A stretch of DNA of 64,000 bases, taken from positions 1 through 64,000 of the forward strand of contig CAWJTV010000009.1 in NCBI GenBank assembly GCA_963845755.1, given 5' to 3'. Made by a program: the position numbers and the translations under genes. Of this stretch, positions 40,891 through 50,942 are shown in pieces. Position 1 is the stretch's first letter. Each line of letters starts with the position of its first letter. The notes under the pieces were generated by a model that saw only the letters and a program-made list of their open reading frames with translations, searched no databases and was not told the origin of the DNA. The stretch comes from an uncultured Planctomycetota bacterium (GTDB lineage Bacteria; Planctomycetota; Planctomycetia; Isosphaerales; Isosphaeraceae).

Positions 40891-41411
40891 TAGAGCGCGT
40901 AACGATTGCATTGCGCACGCGCCCGCCGCAGCTAGGGGGAACGATGTCCGGCGGCGGCCCGAAGGGTCGCAGGAACGGCCCCGACAGACGGTAACATGCC
41001 ACACTGTTGGGGCCGTTCCCGCGGCCCTTCAGGCCGCAGAAAATCGGCTGACAGAGTGTGCGCAACCCATCTGTTATGCGCTCTAGACCGGCAAAATCAC
41101 TAATAGAGCATCATCAGAAGGACCGATTGATCCGGGTTATCATTTGGCCGAAGGGTCTCCTGGGTCTGACCTGCCAATATCCACCCACCAATGCAGTTGC
41201 CTGGGCGACTGTGCAAACTGGGTGATTTGCAGCCCAGGACCCTAACGGTCTCATGGCCAATCAATTGAGATTTGTCGGTCTAGAGCGCTTAACGCTTGAA
41301 TGAAGATCGCCGGACGGAGCCGGCTCCCACAAAATGACGTTGGTCCGGCCGGAAGTCCGGGTGTAGGAGTCTGTCCCCCAACCGTCAGCCACCCAAGCGT
41401 TAATCGCTCTA
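40891..41411. mobile_element. Tandem array of three miniature inverted-repeat units sharing TA junctions
   Basis: 40891-41085 (TAGAGCGCGTAAC/GTTATGCGCTCTA), 41084-41282 (TAGACCGGCAAAATC/GATTTGTCGGTCTA), 41281-41411 (TAGAGCGCTTAACGCTTG/CAAGCGTTAATCGCTCTA, 17/18). Confidence 0.75.
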
Positions 41412-41435
41412 ACGGATCGCCTTCCGGACCAGGTT

Positions 41436-42989
41436 TCAGAGGGCCCTCAGGAATGCGACGAGATCCGCCTTTTCCTCCCTGGATAGGTTCAGCTCCTGCA
41501 CCAAGTTGAAGAACTCGACGGTGTCTTCCAGGGTCAGGCAGCGGCCGTCGTGCAGGTAGGGCGGACTCTCCTTGATCCCTCGCAGCGTGAAACTCTTGAT
41601 CGGGCCGTCGCCCGACTCGCCTTGCAGGAACCGCTCGAGGTGCAGGTCGTGCATCTTGTCGTCGAGATAGAACGGGGCGGGGTGGCAGACCGCACACTCG
41701 GCCTTGCCAAAGAACAGCTTCTCACCGCGAAGTTCTTGCTCGGTCGCCTTCTTCGGGTTGAGGCGACCCGTCACCGACAGTTTCGGAGCCGGCGGGAAGT
41801 CGAACATGTTCTGTGCCTGGGCCATGTGAGGGATGGCGCTCCGCGGCAACTCCTGGAATCCCTTCTTCGCCGCCCGGATCGGGTCCCCATTGAAATAGGC
41901 TGTTCGTGGCTCGAACTCGGTGAAGTCCTCGACCGACCGCAAACTCCTCTTCGATCCGTGGATCTGCTGGTTGAACAGGCCCCGCAGACTGGTAGTGTCG
42001 ATCCGGAATCGCCGTTCTTGCGGTCGGATGTCCGGGCTGAGGTGGAATTGCCCGGTAGTGTGGCCGTTGATGTGGCAGTCCAGACACGCCACCCCGAGCT
42101 GGGGCTGCGGACTCTTCCGATCGTCGGTGAGATTGAATTCCTCCTCGGGCAGTAGTGTCAATAGGAGGCGCATTCCCTCCAGTTGGACCGGCGTCATGAT
42201 CTCCTTGAACAGCGCGCGGAAGTTAGCCAAAGACACCACCTGGCCGCGGGATACGTCCCCCAGCTCCGGGCGGTTTTGTAGGAAAATCGCCGGTGGAAAC
42301 TCGGGCAGGAATTCATTCGGCAGGTCGAACTCGACGTCAAATCGTTCCAACCGAGGAAACATGGCCGTCTGCACCTGGGGGAAAACCTGCCCCCCGTTGG
42401 TCTGGAGCGGATGCGGCAGTGACGGATACGGAAACAACCCCCGCGCTCTGATCTCCTCGGGAGTCAGATTCGCCAGGTTTTCGAAGGTTATGCCTTCCGG
42501 CAGCCGCGCCGTCGGCCCCACGCACAGCGGCTTGCCACGAGTCATCTTCGCTTGCGGATCAAGCTTGGGGATGAGATTGCACCGGCTCTCCAGCAGCTTC
42601 CGGTGGGCGGCCATGACCGCCGCTTTCTGGGCGGACTCTTTGGCCATCACCGCTTCGAACGTGGTAAACGGCTGATCGGCATTGAGAGGGTCACGCGAGA
42701 AGTCGAAGCCAGAGATCCGTCCCTCCTTGGGCTGGCCCTTGAAAGCCGGTGTCAGCGGGGCCGGCTTCTTCGGGTCGAACGCGTCGGACCGGTCGTGATC
42801 GGTCAGGCGCAGCTCGGGTCGGTCGCCGGGTACCTGCCGAACGGCCGTCGCCGCAGCAGCCGGATCCGGGGCCCTCCCGGCCGGCGTGCCCCTTTCCCGT
42901 TCCGGCGCATCCTGGGCCGCCGCGGACAGAGGAGCGTGCAGAACGACTAATATCACAAGAGCGACAATGCATTTGTATTGACGCCGCAT
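41436..42989 (-). CDS. Exported di-heme cytochrome c (peroxidase/MauG-like)
   Basis: Signal peptide; two CxxCH motifs (CLDCH, CAVCH); RGEKLFFGKA, TLRGIKESPPYLHDGR. Confidence 0.85.
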   Translation of the reverse strand: MRRQYKCIVALVILVVLHAPLSAAAQDAPERERGTPAGRAPDPAAAATAVRQVPGDRPELRLTDHDRSDAFDPKKPAPLTPAFKGQPKEGRISGFDFSRDPLNADQPFTTFEAVMAKESAQKAAVMAAHRKLLESRCNLIPKLDPQAKMTRGKPLCVGPTARLPEGITFENLANLTPEEIRARGLFPYPSLPHPLQTNGGQVFPQVQTAMFPRLERFDVEFDLPNEFLPEFPPAIFLQNRPELGDVSRGQVVSLANFRALFKEIMTPVQLEGMRLLLTLLPEEEFNLTDDRKSPQPQLGVACLDCHINGHTTGQFHLSPDIRPQERRFRIDTTSLRGLFNQQIHGSKRSLRSVEDFTEFEPRTAYFNGDPIRAAKKGFQELPRSAIPHMAQAQNMFDFPPAPKLSVTGRLNPKKATEQELRGEKLFFGKAECAVCHPAPFYLDDKMHDLHLERFLQGESGDGPIKSFTLRGIKESPPYLHDGRCLTLEDTVEFFNLVQELNLSREEKADLVAFLRAL

Positions 42990-43138
42990 GGAACACCTCG
43001 TATGGGATTTGGATGAGATGAAAATACAACGTGCGGAATCCATCGATCCCGCACGCGCCAGCGACTCGCACCGGGCCATGGCGGCCCTCAGCCCGATACC
43101 GTCGTGGAACACACCGGAATCGGGCCGGAGTTTTCGGG

Positions 43139-44308
43139 TCAGGGCTTCAAGACCACCTTGATGCAGTGATCCTTCTTGTCACGGAACATCTTGTAGGCCG
43201 CCGGCGCCTCCTCCAGCGGGATCCGATGGGTGATCACGAACGATGGGTCGATCTCCCCGAACTGGATCTTCTCGAGCAACGGCCCGGTGTAGCGCTGCAC
43301 GTGCGTCTGTCCCATCTTGAAGGTCAGCCCTTTGTTCATCGCCGCGCCCAGGGGAATCTTGTCGGGGTAGCCGATATAAACGCCTGGGATCGACACCGTG
43401 CCCCCCTTGCGGCAACACAGGATCGCTTCGCGGAGAGCGTGCGGACGGTCGGTCGCCAGCCCAACGGCGGCTTTCGCCTTGTCGAAGATGGCATCGACGC
43501 TCCCACCGGCGTGGGCTTCGGCCCCGACCGCGTCGATGCAACTGTCCGGCCCGCGTCCCTGGGTCATCTCCATCAGAGTTTCGTAGACGTCCTGTTTCTT
43601 GAAGTCGATCGTCTCGGCCTTGCCCTGGCGGGCCATCTCCAGACGCTCTGGAACCGTGTCGATCGCGACGACTCGACCAGCACCGAGCATCCAGGCGCTA
43701 CGGATGGTGAACTGGGCGACTGGGCCGCATCCCCAGATCGCCACGGTGTCGCCGGGCTGGATCTGCGCGTTCTCGGCGCCCATGTAGCCGGTGGGGAAGA
43801 TGTCGGAGAGGAAGACGACCTTCTCGTCAGGCAGGCCGTCGGGGATCACCACCGGTCCGACGTCGGCGTAGGGGACGCGGAGGTACTCAGCCTGACCGCC
43901 GGGGAAGGCCCCCAGCATGTGGGAATACCCGAAGAGCCCGGCGGGCGACTGGCCCATCGCCTTTCGGGCGAGCTCGGAGTTGGGATTGGACCGATCGCAC
44001 ATCGCGAACTCGGACCGCTTGCAGTACCAGCATTCGCCGCAGGAAATCGTGAACGGCACGACGACGCGATCGCCCTTCTTGAGCTTTCTAACATCCTTGC
44101 CGACCTCGACGACCTCGCCCATCGGCTCGTGCCCCAGGATGTCGCCGGCCTCCATCGTGGGCATGTAGCCGTCATAAAGGTGCAGGTCGGAACCGCAAAT
44201 GCAGGTCGACGTGATTCGAATGATCACGTCGCGCGGATCCTCAATCGTCGGGTCGGGGACCGTGTCCACTCGGACATCGCTCTTCCCGTGCCAGCAGAGA
44301 GCTCTCAT
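43139..44308 (-). CDS. Zinc-dependent alcohol/formaldehyde dehydrogenase (YbdR-like)
   Basis: [46 protein letters not shown]. Confidence 0.93.
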   Translation of the reverse strand: MRALCWHGKSDVRVDTVPDPTIEDPRDVIIRITSTCICGSDLHLYDGYMPTMEAGDILGHEPMGEVVEVGKDVRKLKKGDRVVVPFTISCGECWYCKRSEFAMCDRSNPNSELARKAMGQSPAGLFGYSHMLGAFPGGQAEYLRVPYADVGPVVIPDGLPDEKVVFLSDIFPTGYMGAENAQIQPGDTVAIWGCGPVAQFTIRSAWMLGAGRVVAIDTVPERLEMARQGKAETIDFKKQDVYETLMEMTQGRGPDSCIDAVGAEAHAGGSVDAIFDKAKAAVGLATDRPHALREAILCCRKGGTVSIPGVYIGYPDKIPLGAAMNKGLTFKMGQTHVQRYTGPLLEKIQFGEIDPSFVITHRIPLEEAPAAYKMFRDKKDHCIKVVLKP

Positions 44309-44355
44309 TGGGCGTCCTCTCGTGTTTGGGTGCAAATCCGTTGATTGGGCTTTGC

Positions 44356-44802
44356 TCAGACGATTGCGAAGGGTTGATGGCGGTTTCGGTAATGCGGCGC
44401 GGACCCATCGGCCACATTGGCGCGGTGGCTGGCGATGGAACCGTGGGGCCGGCCGCTGTGGAGTCGCCGTGCACACCAATAATCCAGGGCGGTGACCCCG
44501 GCGACGGCTACAATCGCCGCGGCCAGGTTCGCTCTGCGGGGATTGTCCTCCGTGAACCCCGATCCGAGTGCGGTCAAGTCGAGCGCGTCACCGGCCACCC
44601 GCGCCCAGACCCCGGCACCCGGCTGCGGCATAGCGAGAATCGCGGCTCCCGTGGCAACCTCGCGGATGCCGAAGACGCGGAACGGCCAGTTCTTGTCTTC
44701 CATCCCCAGAACGCGTCCGACCTGACGTCCTGCGAAGACCTCTGTGAGACCCAGGCCGATGCTGAACCATCCTAACGCCCGGGCGACTTTCCTCTCATTC
44801 AT
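44356..44802 (-). CDS. Hypothetical membrane protein ([12 protein letters not shown] type)
   Basis: [33 protein letters not shown]; commonly adjacent to this dehydrogenase type. Confidence 0.75.
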   Translation of the reverse strand: MNERKVARALGWFSIGLGLTEVFAGRQVGRVLGMEDKNWPFRVFGIREVATGAAILAMPQPGAGVWARVAGDALDLTALGSGFTEDNPRRANLAAAIVAVAGVTALDYWCARRLHSGRPHGSIASHRANVADGSAPHYRNRHQPFAIV

Positions 44803-44897
44803 CTTTCCTCCCGCGCTGGAACCCACTCTGAACGCACGGATTAGCAGTGCCTCAGGCCGCTCATCGAACGCCTGCAAACGAATTGAGAAGGACGGCG

Positions 44898-46502
44898 CTA
44901 AACGATGATCACAACGGTGCCTGTACCAGTCCCTGTGCCTGTACCGGTGCCTGTCCCTGTGCCGGTGCCAGTCCCCGTCCCGACGCCGACTGTCCCAGTC
45001 CCCGTGCCAGATGACCCGATGACCGTGATTCCCGTGGAGCTGGTGTCTGTGGTGCCACTGGTTCCTGTGGCGCCGATGGTCCCGGTGCCGCCTGAGGGAC
45101 CACTAACGGTGATCCCCGAGGCGCCGGCGCCGATCGTCCCACTGGTCCCTGTGGCGCCGGCGCCGATCGTCCCTTCCGTCCCCGTGGTGTTGAATTGGCC
45201 GAGGCCAAGGTTCTGGTTAAACGTCGAGACAAGGCCGTTGAATCCCGTTCCGAAGTTCGTGTTGAAGGTGGAAGGGGCCATGCCGAAGCCGATGAACCCG
45301 GTATTCGTGCCGTTGACGAACCCGTTGTTGAATCCATTGTTGAAGGTGCTGCTCGTGAACGCGGATCCGAAAGGATTGGTCAACCCGCTGGTGGGAAGTG
45401 TCAGGTTCGTCGGACTCGTCAGCCCGAGGAAGGCGTTCAGGGGCGTCACGAGGTTCTGGAGGGCGTTGCCGAAAGCCGTCGATACGGCCGTGTTCAACGT
45501 GGAAGTCCCGAACGGGAGGTTTTGCAGGGAGGAGGCGAGACTGGTGGCGCCACTGGGATTGTTGACGGTACCGAAGAGCACCGGCTGGAGTTGCCCGACC
45601 GTGTTCGAATTGCCGGGAAAGAGAGAAAGGCCACTGCCAAGCTCGAATGCGGCGGTGGACAGCGCATTGTTAAACTCGGTCCCAAAGGCGCTCATGGCGG
45701 TCTGGGTCGGAGTACCGGTCACGCCGTTCGGGAACAGCATCGCGTTGGCGACGGTTGGGAAACTCTGGGCGAGCGACCCGAGCGTATTGCTGACCTGGTT
45801 GATGAGCTGACCGCCCAGGAACTGCGCGAGCGGGATCCGTTGCCCACTGCTGTTGACCGAGAGTTGATTGACCGGCGTCGTGTTGAAGAAGTTGTTGATT
45901 TGGGAAATTGTCTGCTGACCGGCGTTCTGGAGGACCCTGGAGAGCGCCGGGGTCGTCCCGCTGAGTCGGCCCGACTGGGCGAGCGCCATCACGCGATTGG
46001 TGAGGCTCCTGGGGCTGGAGCCCAGGATCGCATTCTGGATCGCCGGTACGAGTCGGGTGCCGGAATGCGGCAGGAGCGCCGCCTCCGTGGAGAGCCGTAA
46101 GGCCGTCGCGTTCAGCGCGCCCGCCACGCTGGCCTGTAAGTCCGCCATCTGCTGCGCCGTGGGGACGGTACCCTCGGCCTTGAGTTGGGCAACATCGGCG
46201 TTGATCGCCGCTTTGAGGTCCCTCGTCGCGGTGTGGACCTGTCGGTCATAGTCGGCTCGCAGGCGGGTAACGGTCAAGTGATGCGACTCCCTGGCCCGGG
46301 CCACGCGGACACTGACCGGTGGTGCCGCCGGCGGGGGCGTGATGTCCAGCTCCGCGTAGATGGGCGACGGTATCGAATAAACCACCGCCGCCGTCGCGAC
46401 CGACGCTCCCCCCGTGCCGCTGGCCAGCACCAATCGCTGCTCCAGACCGGCTTCGGTTACCGATGGACGAATAGAGAGTCGGTTTTTATTGTATGTGTTC
46501 AT
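44898..46502 (-). CDS. Planctomycete extracellular low-complexity (T/G/N/S-rich) protein
   Basis: N-terminal LEQRLVLAS motif resembling the planctomycete extracellular signal; FNNGFNNGF repeats; C-terminal (GT)n tail. Confidence 0.75.
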   Translation of the reverse strand: MNTYNKNRLSIRPSVTEAGLEQRLVLASGTGGASVATAAVVYSIPSPIYAELDITPPPAAPPVSVRVARARESHHLTVTRLRADYDRQVHTATRDLKAAINADVAQLKAEGTVPTAQQMADLQASVAGALNATALRLSTEAALLPHSGTRLVPAIQNAILGSSPRSLTNRVMALAQSGRLSGTTPALSRVLQNAGQQTISQINNFFNTTPVNQLSVNSSGQRIPLAQFLGGQLINQVSNTLGSLAQSFPTVANAMLFPNGVTGTPTQTAMSAFGTEFNNALSTAAFELGSGLSLFPGNSNTVGQLQPVLFGTVNNPSGATSLASSLQNLPFGTSTLNTAVSTAFGNALQNLVTPLNAFLGLTSPTNLTLPTSGLTNPFGSAFTSSTFNNGFNNGFVNGTNTGFIGFGMAPSTFNTNFGTGFNGLVSTFNQNLGLGQFNTTGTEGTIGAGATGTSGTIGAGASGITVSGPSGGTGTIGATGTSGTTDTSSTGITVIGSSGTGTGTVGVGTGTGTGTGTGTGTGTGTGTGTVVIIV

Positions 46503-46777
46503 GTGATGATTCTGAATGCGTATCTCGATCGGTGCGCCGACGTCGATCCGAAGGTTCGGTCGGACCCGCCGCGGCGTACCTGGTGTTTTTTCTTCCTGAG
46601 ACGTTGAGGAGGGTGAGCCGGAGGGATCCCTCACAATCGCCAGTCCTTGTAGATGGGCACTGCCGCACAACTCGTGCCATTTGATGTTCGGCTTGACGAA
46701 AGCCACTGCTGGGATCACTCAAACCACTCGCTCAAGGCCCCCTTGATGGGGCTTAGTCAAGGTCGATACTCTTCGCC

Positions 46778-46930
46778 TAACGCGGCCTTCGGCCGCAACC
46801 CAATCGGGATTCCCGATTCGAGATTCCGGATTCCCGAAGGGGAATGATCCGGGAATCGGGAATCGCGAATCCGGAATTCGGAATCCCCAGAGGCGCGCAC
46901 GGCCCAGGGATCCTACGGAGGACGACTCTA
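46778..46930 (+). mobile_element. 153-bp heptamer-repeat MITE-like element, copy 1
   Basis: TAACGCGGCCTTCGGCCGCAACC...GATTCCC/GGGAATC heptamer hairpin...GACTCTA; near-identical to 52748-52900; TA at both ends. Confidence 0.8.
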
Positions 46931-47320
46931 AGACTACGCGATTCAGGGACGCAGGAGCGGGATTGCGTGGAATCCCTTACGCCGAAGGTCTTGCACACCA
47001 TTAAGGCTGTCGCGTTGTTCCCCGCGCCAACCTGCGCGTCGGGTTGGGGAGACCCCGTTGGGTGCGCCGGAGGATGGGGGGGGACGGGGATTGTTATTAA
47101 ATGCGAGAGCCCTTCCGCCGCGCAACTCATCCGCGACGAAAGGGCTCTCCTGAGCATTGCAGTGAGAAGTTCCGGTCTCGGCGGGCGTCCGAAGATCGCC
47201 GGACCGAACCCGCTCCTCTCCGACTTGGGGCGGGCCGGCTGCACTTCGACAGTCAGCCCGGTGGCCAGGCGCCAGCCTTTGGAAATCTCGTCAGGCTCTC
47301 CCTGGCCTCAGTGACGATGT

Positions 47321-47833
47321 TTATGCGCGCGCCGCCCCGACATTGACCGACGATTCCGCGATCTTGGTCAGCTTCTTATCGCAGGCGGCCTCCTCATCCA
47401 GAGTTCGTTGAAGAGTCTTGGCGACCTCCTGATGTCCCAGGTGTTCGGCGAGAGTACGAACGGTCCCGTAACCGGCGATCTCGTAGTGCTCGACGCGTTG
47501 CGCCGCGGCGATGAGGGCCGCGTCCTTGACGTGCGCATCCCCACTGGCTCCCACTGCCTCCTCGCCCTCGGCGATCAATCCCTTCATCGCCTCACAGGTC
47601 TCCCGCTCTGGCGTCAGGCCCATCGACCCGAAGATCTTCTCCAACCTCGCCACGTGTTGCTCGGTCTCGCGAAGATGAGTCGTGAAGGCCGTTTTCAGTT
47701 GCTGGCTCGAGGCCGCCTCAGCCATCTTGGGAAGGGCTTTGGTCAGCCTCTGCTCCGCGTCGTAAAGATCCTGGATCTGAGCGACGAACAGGTCATCGAG
47801 GGAATTCAGGGTCATGCTCGAGAACAGGCCCAT
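47321..47833 (-). CDS. Ferritin-like DUF892 (YciE/YciF) stress protein
   Basis: DLYDAEQRLTKALPKM, HLRETEQHVARLE, CEAMKGLIAEG, AAQRVEHYEIAGYGT. Confidence 0.93.
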   Translation of the reverse strand: MGLFSSMTLNSLDDLFVAQIQDLYDAEQRLTKALPKMAEAASSQQLKTAFTTHLRETEQHVARLEKIFGSMGLTPERETCEAMKGLIAEGEEAVGASGDAHVKDAALIAAAQRVEHYEIAGYGTVRTLAEHLGHQEVAKTLQRTLDEEAACDKKLTKIAESSVNVGAARA

Positions 47834-48150
47834 AAGGTCCTCCTGCAGAAAGCCCGGTACCATGAACCGCCGGCATGGACATCCGGGTCCGATTGGGTGC
47901 GGCCGGCGCCGCGACAAAGGACGATCCATCGATCGACTGAGAGCATCCATCCGTTGGTCGAGAGTAACCGCTGGTCGAACTCGGGAACAGAGTGTGATCT
48001 AAGCGTGCAAAAAGAGTGCCCTGGATATTCATCAATATTTGCTCAATAAGGAGTTGGGTTGGCCCGTTGTTTGCATTTTGCGGATTTCCCGAGGAAAACG
48101 AGAATTGTGCGATTTCGATCCAACAGGAATCGACGCTTGAGGAAACGACT

Positions 48151-49062
48151 ATGGCGACGATCGTGATCACGCGGGACCAATCGATCGAGCGGGCGATCGA
48201 TGACGCGCTCGGGAGAATCCCCGACCTGGCGCGGCTTGTCCATGACCGATTGGTGGCGGTCAAGCCGAATGAGACATACGCCGATGAGAACGACAAGACC
48301 GGAGTTACGCAGCCCGACACGCTCCGAGCGGTGTTGCGATACGTCAAGCGGTTCGCACCACGCCGGCTGGTGGTCACTGGCGGCTCGGGCGCCGGCGAGA
48401 CTGACGCTATCTTTCGCGTTGCCGGCTTGATGGAGGTCGTCGAGCAAGAGGGGGTCGAGTTCTTCGACCACAATCGTCCGCCATTTCAGGAGGTCAAGTT
48501 GGAGTATGGTGCGGACGAAGAGGTCCGGGGCCCTCAGGCGTCGGTGATGGTCAATCCCCGCGTCCTTGAGTACGAGACCCTGATCGTGCTCAGCCAGCTC
48601 AAGCTCCACCAGACGGCCACGGTCACCATGGCTCTGAAGAACGTTGCCATGAGTTACCCGGCGGCCGATTACTACGGCCACCCGCGCAGTAAGCAGAAAC
48701 ACGAACACCATTTCATGGATGACATGCACTCATTCATCGCAGCGATGGCCAAACGATTCAAGATCGACCTGGCGATCACGGTGGGACACCCGGCGATGAT
48801 CGCGACCGGTCCTCTGGGAGGCCACGCGGTCGAGACGGGGCTGGTCCTCGCCAGCACCGATGCGCTGGCGGCTGACGTCGTCGGCGCCAAGCTACTGGGC
48901 TTCGGTCCCCAGGCCGTCCGGCACCTCTGGGAGGCGGGGAAGCTCGGTCTGGGCGAGATCACGACCGACGAAATGAAGTTCCCGGCACTGAGCTTGAAGC
49001 AGGCGATTGAGGCATTTACCGAGGCTGCCTACGGTGAGCGACTCACTTTCGAGCATCCGTGA
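48151..49062 (+). CDS. DUF362 domain protein
   Basis: VAVKPN, LKLH..ATVTMALKN, ASTDALAADVVGAKLLG. Confidence 0.85.
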   Translation: MATIVITRDQSIERAIDDALGRIPDLARLVHDRLVAVKPNETYADENDKTGVTQPDTLRAVLRYVKRFAPRRLVVTGGSGAGETDAIFRVAGLMEVVEQEGVEFFDHNRPPFQEVKLEYGADEEVRGPQASVMVNPRVLEYETLIVLSQLKLHQTATVTMALKNVAMSYPAADYYGHPRSKQKHEHHFMDDMHSFIAAMAKRFKIDLAITVGHPAMIATGPLGGHAVETGLVLASTDALAADVVGAKLLGFGPQAVRHLWEAGKLGLGEITTDEMKFPALSLKQAIEAFTEAAYGERLTFEHP

Positions 49063-49337
49063 GGCCGGGATTCCTCTGGAAACCTTCAGGCCGGGGGCGC
49101 CTGAGTTGGCGATCGAGAAACCAGGATACTGGGAATCCTTCAACTTCCGGAATATGCCGAGCAGATGTATGGTCGAGAATCAATTGCGCTGCTCGATATT
49201 GTGAACCTTCGCGGTCTTGCCATCAGCACGTGGCCGGGCCCGTTCGACCGTCGAGCCATTTCTGCCTTACTTCGGATCGCGACGAGGGCAACGAATCGGC
49301 TAGGGGTCAGAACGCGCCTGTCAATCCCTGACCCGCA

Positions 49338-50003
49338 TCACGACCTCCGGCGGTCCCCCGTGTCGTGTCGGCATCGTGGCGCCCCCGCCCTGCCGATATC
49401 TTCTTGATGGGTTGTAGCGAATACCAATTCGGTTGAAGGGCGAATGTCTGCCTTGAGAATCTTCCTCATCTGCTCCAGGGCGTTGGCGTTCTCTTGCTCG
49501 GTGTTGGACGCTACGCCGTCACAAGGAACTATCAGCGAGAAGTCACGCATATAGGCGTCATTCGCCGTGAATAACACGCAGTTATTCCCGGCAATGCCCG
49601 TGAGGATCACCGTCTTCGTACCCAGATGTTCGAGCAAGAGGTCGAGGGTCGTGGAGAAGAACCCGGAATGTTTGGGTTTCAGCACGAAGTAATCGTCGGG
49701 ATCGGGGATCAACAATTCCGCGATCGGTCGGCCTCGCACTCCGTCATTCAAGCAGTGCTCGACCTGGCTAGTGAAGTTCGAACGCCAGCGCCCGAAGTTG
49801 TCGTTGACGTAAACTACGGGGATGCCGGCCGCCTTCATGCGGAGTTTCAGGCGCAAGAGGCGTTCGGCCATTGGTAAGGCGTGCCGCAACAAATGCTCCC
49901 CTTCCGGAAAGTCCAGGTCGTTGATCACATCGATCAGGAGCAAGGCAATATCGGCCTTATCCGGAGCATTACCGTGCAGGCTCTCGTTGTCGGAAGTCAT
50001 CAT
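49338..50003 (-). CDS. Isochorismatase-family cysteine hydrolase
   Basis: ALLLIDVIND, KPKHSGFFST.L, LTGIAGNNCVLFTA.DAYMRD. Confidence 0.92.
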   Translation of the reverse strand: MMTSDNESLHGNAPDKADIALLLIDVINDLDFPEGEHLLRHALPMAERLLRLKLRMKAAGIPVVYVNDNFGRWRSNFTSQVEHCLNDGVRGRPIAELLIPDPDDYFVLKPKHSGFFSTTLDLLLEHLGTKTVILTGIAGNNCVLFTANDAYMRDFSLIVPCDGVASNTEQENANALEQMRKILKADIRPSTELVFATTHQEDIGRAGAPRCRHDTGDRRRS

Positions 50004-50117
50004 GTCCCCTCCAGGGCATCCTCGATCGAACCGTAACTCACCGGCAGGCGGGAAAACGCGCTCACGCCCGGTGTCGACGATGGATGAAGTCTGGATAGAT
50101 GGGCACCGTCTACAAGG

Positions 50118-50702
50118 CTAGAGCGATAGATCGTCGGACGTTTCGGTTTCCTCGACGGCATGTCCCTCCAGGACTTGCAAGGTCTCCACGGCCAGCTCTT
50201 CGATCTTCCCCTGGATCTGCCGGACGATCTCGGCGTGCTTCGTGTCTTCCTCGAGGGCCCGGCCGTTGTCATCCTTGTCGAGACGGATGCCGGTATGCTC
50301 ACAGAGGAGTCGCAAGAGATGAAGGATCTGAGTGGTCTCCTGCTCGGCCAGCATGTTGATCTGCAAGTCGAGGTGATTGCGGCGCTCGCTGAGTCTCGCC
50401 TGGCGGTTCTGGCTGATCATGAGGATCGGTGCGGCATACGCCGCCTGGAATGAAAGAGCCAGATTTAAGAGGATGAATGGATAAGGATCCCAATGGTTCA
50501 CCCAAGCGGCCAGGTTCAACGCGATCCAGATCAGTAGGATCGTCGTCTGGATGATGATGAACGTCCAACTGCCGACCCACGCCGAGATCCGATCGGCCAT
50601 CCGATCCCCGCGCGTACGGAGGTTGGTCGCCGCCTTCTCCATCTCTGCGATAATCGCGACATTACGTCGCGTCAGCTCTTCGATGGAGCGGATTGGCCTC
50701 AT
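50118..50702 (-). CDS. DUF1003 membrane protein
   Basis: ADRISAWVGSW.FI, DPYPFILLNL.LSFQAAYAAPILMISQNRQ; start uncertain. Confidence 0.9.
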   Translation of the reverse strand: MRPIRSIEELTRRNVAIIAEMEKAATNLRTRGDRMADRISAWVGSWTFIIIQTTILLIWIALNLAAWVNHWDPYPFILLNLALSFQAAYAAPILMISQNRQARLSERRNHLDLQINMLAEQETTQILHLLRLLCEHTGIRLDKDDNGRALEEDTKHAEIVRQIQGKIEELAVETLQVLEGHAVEETETSDDLSL

Positions 50703-50942
50703 CTGTCTGACCTCGTCATCAGTGCATCCAGCCGATTGTTGTACGTTCACGGCACGCTCGCCAGCCCGAGGAGGATGAGTCTGCGTAACCGGGAGACGAT
50801 CGTTCAGTGCGGCTCGGCCCTGGCGTATCACAGCATTCGGCCCCCAATCAGCCGTCGTTTTGCATTCTCAGAACACGGTCCTGGCAGGACGATTGGCTTC
50901 GTGGTCAGCTAACAGGTTCGCCGCGACTATTAAGACGGATCA

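Noticed and set aside
40891..41411. Integron attC cassette array
   Set aside because: No ORFs lie between the units, there is no intI in the window, complementarity extends outside the R boxes to TAGAG/CTCTA, and no clear extrahelical bases are seen. Kept only as an alternative to test.
44905..45810. Plus-strand (VP)n ORF
   Set aside because: Antisense reading of the (GT)n-tailed protein, which has the signal motif.
50118..50131. TAGAGCGATAG as another unit end
   Set aside because: It coincides with the DUF1003 stop codon and lacks the AAC..TTGCGCAC part and a partner end.
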